From Mobula hypostoma (taxonomy: Eukaryota), in NCBI RefSeq assembly GCF_963921235.1, contig NC_086097.1, forward strand, positions 137,084,001 through 137,148,000: a DNA stretch of 64,000 nt, written 5' to 3'. Below, piece by piece: positions 12,131-25,485 of this stretch. The position numbers and the translations under genes are program-made. How positions within the stretch are numbered: the stretch's first letter is position 1; every line of letters starts with the position of its first letter. Under the pieces are notes generated by a model. It was not told the origin of the DNA, made no database searches, and was given only the letters and a program-made list of their open reading frames with translations.

Positions 12131-13339
12131 CCCCAACTACAGTCTACAAATCGGTGAAGTTGAATGAATCAAGGGTAGTGGAATAGACAAACCAATTGCC
12201 TTTGTTCTTGCCATGAGGTTGAAGGAATGGAGGTTGCCATTTTGTGAAGCTGCTCTGCATCCTCAATTTTGTGAACTGGCTTTGCTTGACTAAATCAATG
12301 TTTTAAAGTAGAGGCAATGATGCTCCAGGAAATCTGCTGGACTAGAAATCATTTCCAAATAAGAAGTTATGATATAACATGTAGGCTTGTGAATGGTGGT
12401 GTCGGTGTCTGCCCTGAGTGATTCAAGTTGGTTACTGGTTTGATAACCGACTTAGAACAAAGAGCCATAAATTGCCAGTTGTTACTTGTGGAAGAGGGCA
12501 ATAAATGGATGCTGCCTTGAACCAGAACCGATAAAGTGATGACAAAGGTCAGTCATACGGCCTACAGCAAACGAGAACTGTAACATTTGAACTGGTAAAG
12601 AAAATGTATTAAAAAAAAGAGGATTTGAATGCAAAGTAGAGAGCAAACATTGCGGAAATGGAGTATCCCATGGACACGTGGAGATTGGATTGGGAACACA
12701 AGGAACACCTGGGCATCGTAGATTCCCTTCCTAAGCGTTACTTTTTCTATTCTTTGACCGTTCATGGAGGGTCAGGGAAACTTAACAGGTGTGCACGCAG
12801 ATACTCAGTTGTGTGAATTCATGTGCTCTTCAGCTGAGACAATAAAGGTACTTGTCGGTAAATACAGATTTTGCCTGTGCCTAGCAGATCATTATTACTA
12901 AGGGGCAAATCCTTGTAACACCTGCACCACATTGAAGTGTAACCCAGCCTCTGCTCCAATGCTTGCCAACCCACTTAAGGGAAATGTTTTTCTTCATCCC
13001 TGTTAATTGCCTGGAGAAATATCATTGTAACTAAAACATCCTTTTCCAAATAATGTTATCTGCTGGTGGAAAACAGTATCACCCAAAGATTGAAAACAGG
13101 AAATTTCCTTGCACATATCTCACTAAAGTCAATAACTGCCTACAATTGAATGGTGTCAGCTTGTTCATTAACCAGTTCAAGTTGTAAGAGTTAATTCCAT
13201 CTAAATGGCAAAACTTCACAGTTCCAATGTACAGAATTTTGACTCAGTCATTAAATCTAATACAAATTTTTTTTTGGAGAACATTATTTCATAAAATCGG
13301 GAATGATTAAACTGGACTTGCATGGACGAGGAGGCCAAG

Positions 13340-14215
13340 GGCAACATTCTGGATGTGAGTAATGAGATACAATAAATCAGTCTGGAGATGATATGAAGAT
13401 TGGTGGATAGGGATGAAGGTTGTCTGCGGCAACAACAATTTAGAGATTAGCTGGAAAGTTGAGTGGGGCAATGGCAAGTGGAACTTAATCCTGATAAATG
13501 CAAGGTAATAAATTTTAGGAAGTCAAACAAGGGTAGGATGAACATGCATAAAGTGATAGTTGATGTGCAGAGGGACCTTAGGGTACAAGAGCACAGGTCC
13601 CTGAAAGAGGCAGCAGAGCTGGATACAATGGTGGAGAAGGCATATAGAATGCTTGATTTTATTGACTGTGGCACAGAATAAAATAGGTGAGTCATCACAT
13701 TAGAACTTTATCAATACAATTAGTTAATCCACAGCTGATATAATATGCACAGTTCTAATTACCAGAGTATAGGAAGGATGTGATCATAAGGGAGAGAGTA
13801 TAGAGGTGATTCACCAGGACTTTGTCCAGACTTGAGCATCACTGATGTAGGGAGAAAGTAGACAGGTTGTTTTTTTTCCCCCCACAGAAGAAGCTGAGGG
13901 GGTGGCCTGATAGAACATACAGAACTATGAGGGGGGATAGGTTCAGAAGAAAATAAAAATCCTCCCATAGTAGGGATGCTCAAGAGTAAAGAGCGTGGAA
14001 TTGTGTTTAGGGGGGATTTGAGTGAAAATGTTTTTCAGCTGGAGGATGGTTGGAATCTGGAATGTGGTGGAGGTAGAGAATCTCACAGCATTTAAGAAGT
14101 GTCTAGACAAGCATGTGAATCACCAGGGCACAGAAGTCTACAGAGCTAATGAGGGATCAGTGTAGATATATATGACGGGCCACGTGTAAATGGTGGACCA
14201 ATGGACCCAAAGGAG
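13340..14215 (+). mobile_element. CR1 LINE ORF2 3' half, heavily decayed
   Basis: WQVELNPDKCKVINF...QRDLRVQEHRSLK...VEKAYRMLDFI (ORF 13463-13681), collinear with 25636-26443. Confidence 0.85.
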
Positions 14216-14529
14216 TCTACAAAAATCCAAAGGAGTTTGGCAAGCTAACAACTGAGAAGGGAGACCAACACAGGGGCTCAAGCATAAAGGGTAGTCAGTA
14301 CTAGGGAGAAATCTGCCCCGCCTGGAGATTAGTGAGAATATGGGACCAGCTCGCACAGGGAGTGGTCAAGGAGAACAGCAGAAAACAAATGAAGGTAAGA
14401 AAACATATGGAGGAGAGAGCTGTCAGATGAGAACTCTGGAATTTAGGAGCTAGCCCCTCAAGTATGCCCTGCCCTTCAACAGGATCGGGGTTGATCTACC
14501 CCACGTCTGATTGCCAATACCCCAAGAAG

Positions 14530-15145
14530 AAGGCACATCAGGACCTCTGTTTTGTAAGAAGTTTAAGATGATTCAGCATGTCATGGAAGACAGACAAACT
14601 CCTACAGATGTGCAATGGAAAGCATTCTGTCTGACTCTTCACACCATGGCCTGGTACCAGGAACTCTAATCTACGGGAATACAAGAGGCTACCGAGAGTG
14701 GTAGATTCAGCCATTTCCTTCATTGGCACGGCTATCTACAAAGGGCAATCTCCCAGGAAGGCAATATCCATCATTAAGCCCCCCAATATCTAAACCATTC
14801 CCTCCTCTCATTGCTGGTTCTCAAGGTTTGAATAAAAAAAAGTTTCTACTCCACTGCCATTAGGTTCTTGAAATAACCTGAAAACACTTAATTTTGCTTC
14901 AGACTGTATTTGCCATAACTTGCACTGATTTTCATTGCATTTATTTTTTATTTTGTTGTGCAAGATATATATAATTGTATTAATTTAAGTTCATATTAAC
15001 TTCCAATGTCATGTTTGCTGCTCCAAAAAGCTAATTTGCATGACATTATGATCTAGGTATGTAGGCAAGGCAAGTTTTTCACCGTATTTTATGTATCTTG
15101 GTACAGTAATAGACCAATACCGTGACAATAAACTTGAACTTGTCA
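14530..15145 (+). mobile_element. Rex1/Babar-type LINE 3' fragment, decayed
   Basis: KKAHQDLCFVRSLR.FSMS...ESILSD...PW...YKRLPRVVDSA; ends GACAATAAACTTGAACTTG. Confidence 0.65.
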
Positions 15146-16063
15146 GCCCCCCAACCCCACCACGTCACCTTGAATCTTATGCAATCACACAAGATCAATA
15201 CCCATAATCAATGACAATGCTGGATCTAAGGAGACTGGGAAGGATCTGGTATTGACTTGAAATACCAACATAGACTCGATAGGCTGAATGGCCTGTCTCT
15301 ATGCCTCTCCAACCGACCTCCATCAAAAGAGCTCACCGCTTTTGAGAACTCTGATAGGAGATGCCTGAAACTTTCTCCGTTAAAACCGTAAAATGTTTGT
15401 GTAATTTATCTTGAGTTAAACAGATTTCATTTCAGTCCAGCCCGCTCTTTTCTCAAATACAATTATTTTCCAGCAAGGACATTGCCAATAGGGAAACATG
15501 TAACAGCCTGCAGTTGTCCTGGAGTTGGGGTGAGAAACCATTGCAGCTGAAATACAAGATAAAAGGCACGACATAAATAATGAAAGAAACCAGTCCCATC
15601 ACTGTGGAGATTAAGGAGAGAGGGTACAGTGATTGAACTAAAATAATGAGGATACATCAGATACATCTGTGAACAGCTGTAATACAGCCATAAACTGAGG
15701 ATCTTTTTAAAGATAAACAAAAAACAATTATATCCTAAATGAGGAAAAGATGGAATTTGCAATCAAGGCATAGTTCAAACAAGGTTGGAGCTGTATTAAT
15801 TTTCCAACTTTTTAAGATGATCATGGCTGATCATTCAGCCCTGTAACTGCCCCGTAACAGAACAGTGTCCACTTTCTCTTCTCTTCTGATTTTTGTGCAA
15901 CAATTCCCTTTCAAAAGCTGTTTTTCATTATAGCAGAAGTATGAAAGATTAAGGTGGGGGGGCAGGGGAGGAACCAAATCAAAATGGTTGAAGCTGATTA
16001 GTGGAACCAATATGGTAGATCAAGAGAATAAACTTCGTATGCTCCAGAGTAAAGAAGCATATT

Positions 16064-16335
16064 GGGCGGCACGATAGTGTAGCAGTTAGCACAGGGCTTT
16101 ACAGTACCAGCGATCTGGGTTCAATTCCCGCCACTGCCTGGAAGCTTGTACGTTCTCCCCGTGAACGTGTGGGTTTGCTGCACCAGTTTCCTCCCACAGT
16201 CCAAACACTTACTGGTTGGTAGGTAACCTGGACATTGTAAATTGTCCCATGATTAGGCTGGGGGTTGCTGGGCGATGCAGCTCAAAGGGCTGGAAGGCCC
16301 TACTCTGTGCTGTCTGTCAATAAGTGAAAGTAAAT
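16064..16335 (+). mobile_element. tRNA-derived V-SINE (HE1-like)
   Basis: GGGCGGCACGATAGTGTAGCAGTTAGC (A box), GGGTTCAATTCCCGCC (B box), V-domain TGTACGTTCTCCCCGTG...TTTCCTCCCACAGTCCAAA, and a CR1-like tail. Confidence 0.85.
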
Positions 16336-17449
16336 AAGCTCAGGGTTGGAGGCAGGCCACGGTGAGGGATGGTGCCAAGATGTCAAACCCTGCTGAACAG
16401 GCAGAGGGATCCGGAATGCTTCCCTTCAAAAATTGTGCTGGACTTGGGGCTCTGCTTAAAGTGAAAGGTTACAGAACCAAGATGGGTGATGGAAAGTTCA
16501 TAATAGAATAGGTGGGACAGGTTCAAATGGCAGAATGGCCTATTGTTCCACGTGTCTCAGGGCAGAAGTTTCTTTGTTTGTTTGTACAGAAGTATTGTGC
16601 TCCAAGTCAGATAAAGGATGGCATTGGCAAATGGTACTGATGGCAACAGTCAAGCTCCCAATCTAGACCCCTCCAGAACCAAGCACAAGCCTTATAAGTA
16701 GAACATCCTGTCAAGATTTGAATGCTTTATAAAGGCCACTCAAGCTCTAAACCTATTTTAAGAGTCAGATGGGACTTCGCGAAATTTGATTCCCACCAAT
16801 ACCAAGTTCACATTTTCAATAACCATAAAAGGACAGCCATGAAGTCATACAACATAGAAACAGGAGGTTCCACCAATTTGTCATGACAACCATCTCAGCT
16901 ACCATCAAATTTCCAAGATATAGAAGGCTGTAGACCTATTGTGAGTAAATAGATCGGTGCTGATAGGTAAAATAGGTAACGTGGACACAGTGGGCCAGAG
17001 GGCTTGCCTCTGTACTACACAACTCTGACTCATAGGAGTCCAAAAAGAGTTTGACATGTTAATAGACGAGAAGAAAGGCCAACACATGGGCCCATAAATA
17101 TAGAGCACTTGGGTGACCTACAGATCAGAGAGAATGTAGAACCAGCTCACACAGAAACTTATTCAGGAAGTGTTCTTTGTAACATTAATACAACTCTGTT
17201 GGCATTTTATTTTAGAAATGTGGCATTGACCAACCTTTTGCCACTGGTCCATAAATGAACATGCTGAACAAAACTGAGAAACTTGGAAGAGGGTGGAATT
17301 TTTATAATAGCGAAGACACAGGTGACAACTTCTCATATTTCCTTATGACAGTAAAGGAAGCCATTCAGCCCAGAGTCTTGCTGCAACCCCATTTCCCTGT
17401 AAACTGTTCTCTCTCATATAGCCACCAACTCCCCCTTGATTCTTCTACA

Positions 17450-17612
17450 ATAGACAATTAACCTACGAGCCAATGTGTTTTTGAGATGTGGGAGTGAAGC
17501 AGTCTCAGGGAGAGCACGCAAACTCCACACAGACAGAAACAGAGATCAGCATTGAATTCGGGTCACTAGAACTGTGAGGCATTGTTTCTACTAGCCAAAG
17601 CACAGTGCTATA
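17450..17612 (-). mobile_element. V-SINE remnant
   Basis: AATTAACCTAC...TGTGGGAG...GCAAACTCCACACAGACAG...ATTGAATTCGGGTCACT is the reverse of a V-SINE head and core. Confidence 0.65.
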
Positions 17613-19488
17613 GAAATAGATGGTTTTGCAGATATTAATACTACGGCTACCAGCTATGCAAAAATTTATTAAAGGAATAAAAGTTGATGTTTGCGCTATA
17701 AGTTTATAAAATTTACCCTCTTTAAGCCTTATTGCAGTATTGGCCTAAAAAAAGGGGGAATAATGCAGAGATAAATATAAAGCATCACTCAGCAGCCCAG
17801 GAACTTACAACTTTTGTTCCAGAATTTGAGCATCCGCAGGTTTTTGCTTTAAACGCCGGGCTAGTTCTGATGTAAATCTGTTCTCCCCACTCCACGACTG
17901 CTGCAATCTCCCTTATTGCAAACTTCCATCAGCAAGTTCAGTGTCGCACAGGTCCTTCCTCCTCTGTTATCACTGTTTACTCCTTCTCCAGCAAACATTG
18001 ACAACCTGCTTCACTCTCTCACAATCATCAGCAGCCACTGCAATGTGTTTTCTTTCCATCTTCATCTTATCACAGACATTCCCTTTGTCTTCCCACCACC
18101 CTCCTTTCTCTACATCTTAAAACTTGCCCACTTTCTACATTTTCCTGACAAACATTTCCTGCGGAGCGACAGGAGTTATTAATGGTTTTTACTCCAGGTT
18201 ACAGTCTCCTGTGTCCACACTGAATTCCTGCAGCAGTTTGCTTTTAGTTCAAATTTTCCAGTTCTGGTAAAAATAATGGTGACCTGAAACATTATCTGTG
18301 CCTTTCTCCACTGCTGCTACCTGACCTGCTACGTATTTCCTGTTTTTTGGGGGGTCTTATCATTTACAGCATTGATGTCTGTAGGTTTATTGCTGTGACT
18401 TTGTCGAAGCAGTGATTACACTGACTGAAATGAAATTTTATGTTTAATTAATTGACAATGTCCATAAACTACAAAAGATGCATTAGAAACAAATTCAATT
18501 TGCCTTTGCATTCTTCACAGACTATTCATTCTTTGTAGATCATAGACATACTACACATTCTACACACAGGCTCCGAAGTGTTACAAGGCAGGAGTTCAGA
18601 GGGTTTGGAAAGCCACACTTTTTTTAAACTCAAACAAATGTCGAGAGCCAACATATACATTTGAAAATGCATTAACGGAGTTGTTGAGGCAAAAGCTGAA
18701 CAAGTATCTTCCAAAATGTCATAGGTCAAAACTGATGGTTGAATGGTAGCCTATAAAACATTTGCCTTGAGCTGATCTAAAGGATTTATTCTGTGAACTT
18801 TATACAAAAGGACATAGTTTTGCATAAGCAAAGAAGATTGCAGAGAGGAAGAATAGTTTAAACAGAAATTATTTCCTTTTGGCCCACAGCCAACAGATGG
18901 CTGATCGACTCACAGTATTACAGAACTGAGATAATGCAAGAGAACGGTTTGCCTCAGCAGGGAGAACCATGAAGATATACAATAGTTGTCACTCACACAA
19001 GAGAAACGTGTCCACGTGTGTCACAAATCTGCCAGGTTGTGATTTGGGCAGAGTGATTAAATGGCATCGACCTCACCCAATGCAAGTGGCCACGTGAGTG
19101 CTTCCCTGTGAAAACTTCTGAGTACCAAGCAATTCCCAGTTACAAAGCTGACTGACTCATCTGTGAGTGATCACTGAGGTGACAGAGGAGTCTGAGATGA
19201 GGGAGGGACTCCATCAAAGGAAAGAGTGGGATTGCCAAGTATGATTAGATTTGTTCCAAAAAGTCCAGGAATTCTCCACAACTCTCATCTCTACAGAGAA
19301 CTGCCTTCCCTCAGGTAATCGGCAAGTAAACAGGAGATGTCTAGAGAAGACCTCCCTGTGAATAACAACTTATACAACTTGCACACTGTATAATGAAACA
19401 TACATTATAGAATCCTGTAGGTTTCCACAATTAAAACAAAGTGAAGTGTATTATGTTTAATGAAACTCGTAACACATTTTACTGAACG

Positions 19489-20109
19489 CTTCTGCGGAGA
19501 TGCGACAGCCGAGAAAGTCAATGGTAGACAACCCAAACTGGCACATAGCAGAGTTAATAATTGACCCGTGTTGGCATAAGCATTCGAAAAGTATGCAGAG
19601 GTGAGATAGTGTTCGGATTTGAATGTTCTGGAGACAAGCATGTCATCCAGGTAGACAAAAAGAAAATCTACATCTTTCACTACAGAGTCTATCAGCTGTT
19701 GGAAAGTCTCTGCTGCATTTTTCAGTCCAAACGGCATGCGCAAAGAGGCCAAACAGAGTTATCACAGTTGTTTTGGGAATGTCCTCAGAGCACACAAGCA
19801 CTTGATAGTAGCCCCTAACTACATCAACTTTGGAAAATGTTAACTTTCTGGCTAAACGTGCCAAAAAGTCTTGAATGTGTGGGACCGGGTAAAGATCGGG
19901 AGTGGAATCCTCGTTAAGGTGACAGTAATCACCACATGGGTGGCAACCACCATCAGACTTAGGGACCATATGGAGGGGTGAAGCCCAGAGAGTGACGCAC
20001 AGGTCCAAGCCTTTCCATGTTCCCAGCGAGGTTTAGTCGCCCTTTCCCTTCTCATCAATAGGCGATGCCGCAGCACACTCACTTGAGCACCTGTGTCGCA
20101 CAGGCCACG
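19489..20109 (-). pseudogene. pol: Gypsy pol pseudogene (protease active site and RT only)
   Basis: LCDTGAQVSVL; WASPLHMVPKSDGG..PCGDY..LN; FSKVDVVRGYYQV; RMPFGLKNAAETFQ; VYLDD. RNase H and integrase are absent. Confidence 0.9.
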
Positions 20110-20929
20110 TCACCCTGAAAGGGCCTCTGCAATGAACAGTAGACAACCCTGGCAGCTGGAACCCACAATGTTCACAGACCTCTGACGTCCCGATGCACTG
20201 GCACCGTCAAAGCTGCAAGGCAGTTGGCATTTTCGAGCGTTCATACCAAAGAGAACACAGTAAAAGCACAGGCCCGGTGTCGTTTGGTTTGCAGCTGCAG
20301 GCATCCTTATGTTGAGGGCCTTGCTGACCGTGCTAATTGAGGTAGAGAAAGGAGGAATGATGCATTGCTGCCCAGCTGAGTGTTGACTACTAGCCATTTT
20401 AGCAAGCTCCCTATAGTCATAGTCATACTTTATTGATCCCGAGGGAAATTTGGTTTCGTTACAGTTGCACCAGCCAAGAACAGAGTATAAATATGTCATC
20501 ACTGGTGCATTAGTGAAGGCTATGTGAACTTGATCAGGCCTTTGCTGAATGAAGAGTTCTTTAAAAATAAAACAAGGATGGTGATTTCCCAAGAGAGACA
20601 GAATGTGGTCCATTAGCTTTGAAGGCCTACCATCTCCGATGTCGTGCAAGGAGAGCAACTGTTTTGTGCGCTCAGACTCCTATAATCCAAAAAGTCTGAA
20701 AAAGGTGAGTTATCGGTGAACGGTATTTATCGTATTCAGGCAGGTGTTCAAGCAGACTCAACACCCTCACAGCCATTGGTTTGCTGAGAAACGCTACCAC
20801 ATAGTAGAATTTGCTGTTATCGGCGGAGACTTCTCACAGTGCAAACTTAGCCTCAGCTTGTACAAACCAAGCAACGGCATTTTGCTCCCAAAACCCCAGC
20901 AGTTTTAAAGCCACTGCATTGGCCGACAT
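20110..20929 (-). pseudogene. gag: Gypsy gag pseudogene
   Basis: MSANAVALKLLGFWEQNAVAWFVQAEAKFAL*EVSADNSKFYYVVA..., LLSLHDIGDGRPSKLMDHILSL, and a decayed Cys/His knuckle LCFYCVLFGMNARKCQLPCSF. Contains stops and frameshifts. Confidence 0.85.
20419..20496 (-). mobile_element. Extremely 5'-truncated Rex1 tail inserted in Gypsy gag
   Basis: 20413-20472 matches the Rex1 3' end at 9851-9910 at about 57 of 60 positions, including the (GACTAT)n tail. Confidence 0.85.
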
Positions 20930-20957
20930 ACTCAATAACTCTGTAATTGTCCTAAGG

Positions 20958-20971
20958 CATCAGGGTCACCA
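20958..20971 (-). other. Primer binding site, tRNA-Trp type
   Basis: TGGTGACCCTGATG starts one base after the LTR's terminal CA. It equals the tRNA-Trp PBS TGGTGACCCCGACG with two CpG transitions. Confidence 0.8.
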
Positions 20972-21954
20972 ATGTAGGTTTTTAGAAATAAAATAAAATG
21001 AGGTGTTTTATGTTTAATGAAACCCGTAGCATGTTTTATTGAAGTCCAAAACTTAAACACAAAAACACGCTACAAATCCTTACGGAACAATGTCACAACG
21101 TCAGACCAGCCGCTTAAAGTGGAACCTGAACTCAATGTCAGTGGTTGTGAATTATGTGCATTTCTCCCAATTACATTACCCTACCATTCTACCTGGAATT
21201 ATAAACTGAAAAATTACTTTGAAGTCAGGGCAAATTCAAGATTCATATCAGCAGCAACTCCTGCAGATTGAAAGTGATGGATAGACAGCAAGGCATCTTG
21301 GCTGTGGCAGGATTAACCTGGGGGGGTGGGGAGGTGCAATGTACTGTGCAATGAGGTAGGGAAGGAGCTCCAGTGTATTTGGGATAGTCAGAATTAAAAG
21401 GGTGGAATGGCTTTGCCCATCTGTGCTTCTCTTGTGATCCAGATCCCATTTGAGCAATGGATCTCAGCACTAGAGGAGTTTAGAGAGAATGGTAGAATAT
21501 CTGAATCCCTTTGAGGCTGAATTTGTCCTCCAGGCTTCAGCACTGTGAACACAAAGTGAGAGGTTAACAACTGCAGCAGAGAGCTACACTTGGTGATGGA
21601 AGATCAGCCTTCAAGATTAGTTAGTCAATCTAAACGCATCCAACTTTTCAACTATTAAATATTAATAACAGGAATATTGAAAGCTTTGACTCCTTCCACT
21701 GACCTCTGCCTCAGCGTTAACTGATCAAATGTCTCTTTGGACTGGAAATTAACAAAATAAAGCACATCCGACTTTCATTCCTAAAGGCTGTGCCATCCAA
21801 TGTTATCTTGCTATTTTAAGTATCCTTCTAAGTACATTTGTCTTGGCAGCAGCTATTGAAATCAAATCTTTGCTGAAACTAAAATTAAATGATTCCACAG
21901 ATGTTTTAGGAAGAAATTGCATTTCAATAAGATATTTCACTCCACTTTTAGAAT

Positions 21955-22285
21955 GCACCAAAATATTTCATGGTCAGTGAAGTATGTTTGAAGTGCAAGC
22001 ACCAATTTAACAAAAATTGGTGACAATAAACAGCACAACTCCCACAGGCAGCAAATGTGATACTGGTCATGGGGCAAATATTCCCAGAAACCAGGAAGAG
22101 CCTCCTGCTCCTTCTACCATTCACATCACAACAAACATGTTAAAGATCATCAGTTTAATGTCTCACTACCAGAAGATGTCTGTAATGTCTCACTCCCACA
22201 GTGTGCCACTCCCTCAACACTAAACTGGAGAACCAGCTAGATCTTTGTGTTCAGAGTGGGATTTGAACGCACAAACATCTGGGAT
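21955..22285 (-). mobile_element. Ancient Deu-domain SINE (SacSINE1/AmnSINE1-like)
   Basis: Reverse strand: B box (GAGTGGGATTTGAAC), ACAGTGTGCCACTCCCTCAACACT, GTTTAATGTCTCA, CCAGGAAGAGCCTCCTGCTC, and tail GAAGTATGTTTGAAGTG. Confidence 0.7.
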
Positions 22286-23819
22286 ATATCAAAGATAATG
22301 CACTTACTCTGACCAGCATCTGCTTTTGTTCTTGAGACTTTAAAGATTTGTGCTAATTAAATACCTACTGTGGTCTCGCAGACAAGGTCTTTGTTGCTGT
22401 AAGTAGCCTTAGCCTTGTGTTAATTTTATTTTGAGGCGAACAGAAGCTTTCCAATAGAATGTCCCAAATACAGTCAGAAAACTAAACATATTTAACCAAT
22501 TATTTGCTTTTAAAATACAAGTTCCTTTGCATACACTGTTAAGCCCCTCAGCCACCATTATCTGCCTTCACCTGTCAAACCTCTTTGTTAAAGAGTACAT
22601 CACAGGAGGCTGACCTTCACTCTGCCAGCTCTGCGAGCCGATTAGTCCACTCCCCTGCTCTGACTCCACCACTTTAAAAATCATTCCTTGTCTAGAATTT
22701 ATCCAATTCCCTTTAGAAAGTTTGAACTGTATTTGCTTCCATGGATCTTTCAGCCATTTTGTTCCAGATCAGAGTATAGTTGTAGTTCTAGTTCCCAGCC
22801 TGGCACTCTTCCCCACACCAACACTCCCATTGCAGAAGTCGTTCCTCTTGCACACTACAAACCCCCCTCTCCAGTGTTCCACACATCAAGTGTTCTAGTT
22901 ATTAAATGCTACTGATACTGTTCTAATCCAAACAGGCAGGGCACACTCAACTACAAAGGACACGCCACTTCTGTGCTATTTTTTTTGAAGATGTTGGGAA
23001 TTTGTCTTAAACCATTTTGAACTGGAGAAAAGCTTGTGCCAAAGAACTGTAGAAATTATGAAACTGTAACTCTTTGATCTTAGAATAAGCTACCAGAGCT
23101 GAAACCCTGAGGTATAATTTCAATGCGTCTCATAGCCGTCTCCGTTTCTTTAGGAAGCAAGCGGATTTGATTTGTATTTCATCAGAGTGTATTTGCTGTC
23201 ACTATACATTTGGTAGCCATGCCTTGTAGCTATTTACTTAAAAGGAAATTAAACCATATGAGACTCACACTGGAACTGAAGCACGGATAAGTGTACTGGA
23301 AGGCTGCTCCTCACCATTGAGGAGGAAGGGGGAGGTGTAGACTCAAATTTACCCATGGGATGAAGCGCATAGAGAAGATTAGAGACACTTCTAGGCTGGG
23401 CAGCACAGCGCTGTACCAAGCGCTTGGAACAGAACAAAAGAAAATCCACGGCCTAGTGCCGAAGCTGGAAGCAATAACTATAAAAAGGAATTGAATTAAT
23501 AGCAGAAGAGAGAAAGAGTTACAGTCCTGTAGAGGAAGAGTGCAGCAAATGGGACTAAGCAGAACGTACTTTCAAAGTGCCAACATGGGCACAAGCTGGC
23601 CAAATGGCCTGTGGCATTACAAGCTATTTACAGAGGCCATTCAGCCCATTACTCTGTGCAGTGTTTACTCTCCCTGTGTGCCTCCTCCCACACCTCCCCA
23701 CCCAGAATTGAGAATATTCTTCTCCATCCACCATCCTCTTGCATGTACCTCGATAACTTGCAGCGGCTCCCAAGTTCCACATTCTCGCTATTCCCTGATA
23801 CTTCTTTCCCAAATGTCTG

Positions 23820-25290
23820 ATAGATTTATTAGAGTTAAGAAACTGCAAGGGTAAAAAGACCCTGATGGGAATTATATACAGGCCTCTCAACAGTAGCCAG
23901 GATGTGGGATACAAATTACAATGGGAGGTAGAAAAGGCATGTAAAAAGGGCAATGCTACAACAGTCATGGGGGATTTCAATATGCAGGTAGATTAAAGAA
24001 ATCAGGTTGGTGTTGGATCCCAAGAGAGGGAATTTGTACATTACCTATGGCTTTTTAGAGCCACTCGTGGGTTCAGTCCACTAAGGAAAAGGCAATTCTG
24101 GATTGGGTGTTATGTATTGAACCAGATTTGGTTAGGGAGATTAAGGTAAAGGAACCCTTAGGCAGTGATTATAACATGATAGAATTCACCCTGCAGTTTG
24201 AGGGGGGAGAAGCTAAAGTCAGGTGGATCGGTACCACAGTGGTGTAAAAGGGAACTACAGAGTTCTGAGAGAAAAACTGGCCAAAGTTGATTGGAAGGGG
24301 ATACTAGCATGGATGATGACAGAGCAGCAATAGCTGGAGTTTCTGGGAGCAATTCGGAAGGCACACAATAGATACATCAGAAAGAAGAAGTAGTATTTTA
24401 AAGTGAGGATGAATCAACTGTAGCTGACAAGGGAAGTCAAAGACAGCAAAAGAGAGGGCATATAATGTAGCAGAAATTAGTGGGAAATTGGAGGATTCGA
24501 AAGTTTTTAAAAATCAACAGAAGGCAACTAAAAAAACTATAAAGAGAGAAAAGATGAAATATGAAGGGGCACTAGCCGATAATATAAGAGGATACAAAAG
24601 TTTTTTTACACATATAAATAGTAAAATAGAAATGCGAGTGGATATCAGACCACTGGAAAATGACACTGCAGAGGTAATAATGGGGGACAGCAGAATGGTA
24701 GACAAACATAAATATTTTGAGTCAGTCTTCACCGTGGAAGACACTAGCAGTATGCTGGACATCTGAGAGCTGGGGCTGAAGTGAGTGTAGTTGCTATTAC
24801 TAAGGTGAATGTGCCTGGGTAGCAGAAAGGTCTGTAGGTGGACAAATTACCTGGATCAGATGGACTACAACCCAAGGTTCTGAAGGGGGAGACTGAAGAG
24901 ATTGTGGAGGCATTAAGTAATGATCTATCAAGAATCACTGGATTCTGGAATGGTTCCAGAGGACTGGAAAATTGCAAATGTCACTCCACCCTCCAAGAAG
25001 GGAGGGAAGCAGAAGAAAGGAACTGATAGGCCAGTTAGCCTGAATTCAGAGGTCAGTAAGATGTTGGAGTCCATTATTAAGGATGTGATTTCAGGGTACT
25101 TGGAGGCACATGATAAAACAGGCCAAAATCAGCATTGTTTCCTTGAGAGGAAATCTTGCCTGACAAATCTGTTGGAATTTTTTGAGGAAATACCAGAAAG
25201 GTTAGTCAAAGGAGAGTCAGTGGATGCTGTTTACTTGGATTTTCGGAAGGCCTTTGACAAGGTGCTGCATATGAGGCTGCTTAACAAGAT
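23820..25290 (+). pseudogene. CR1 LINE ORF2 fragment (APE endonuclease to start of RT), decayed, 3'-truncated
   Basis: ELRNCKGKKTLMGIIYRP...VMGDFN; VPEDWKIANVTP..KKG; SCLTNLLEFFEE; VYLDFRKAFDKVLH. Multiple stops and frameshifts. Confidence 0.92.
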
Positions 25291-25485
25291 CTCAGTGATT
25301 CAGAAATCCAGAACCCTGTCCCCTGCACCAGTTCATCAGCCGCACTTTGATCTGCCAAATTATCCTCTTCTTACCCTGAATGGCATTTGGCACAGGCAGC
25401 AATCCAGAGATTAAACTTGAGATCCTGCTTTTCAGCTTTCTGCCCAACTCCCTGTATTCTTCTTCAAGATATCATCCCTTTTTCA
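25291..25485 (-). mobile_element. Probable CR1 ORF1 (esterase region) fragment in inverted orientation
   Basis: GGCACAGGCAGCAATCCAGAGAT...CCTGCTTTTCAGCTT reads on the minus strand as a decayed LGRKLKSR...SGLLPVP motif recalled for CR1 ORF1 SGNH esterases. Confidence 0.55.

Larger units (their letters stand above)
19416..21185 (-). mobile_element. Gypsy LTR retrotransposon, internally deleted and decayed
   Basis: 5' LTR 21185-20973 (AATAAA at 21040-21035, ends ...CCTACA), then PBS, gag, protease and RT. A homologous 3' LTR remnant lies at 19416-19488. Confidence 0.92.
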
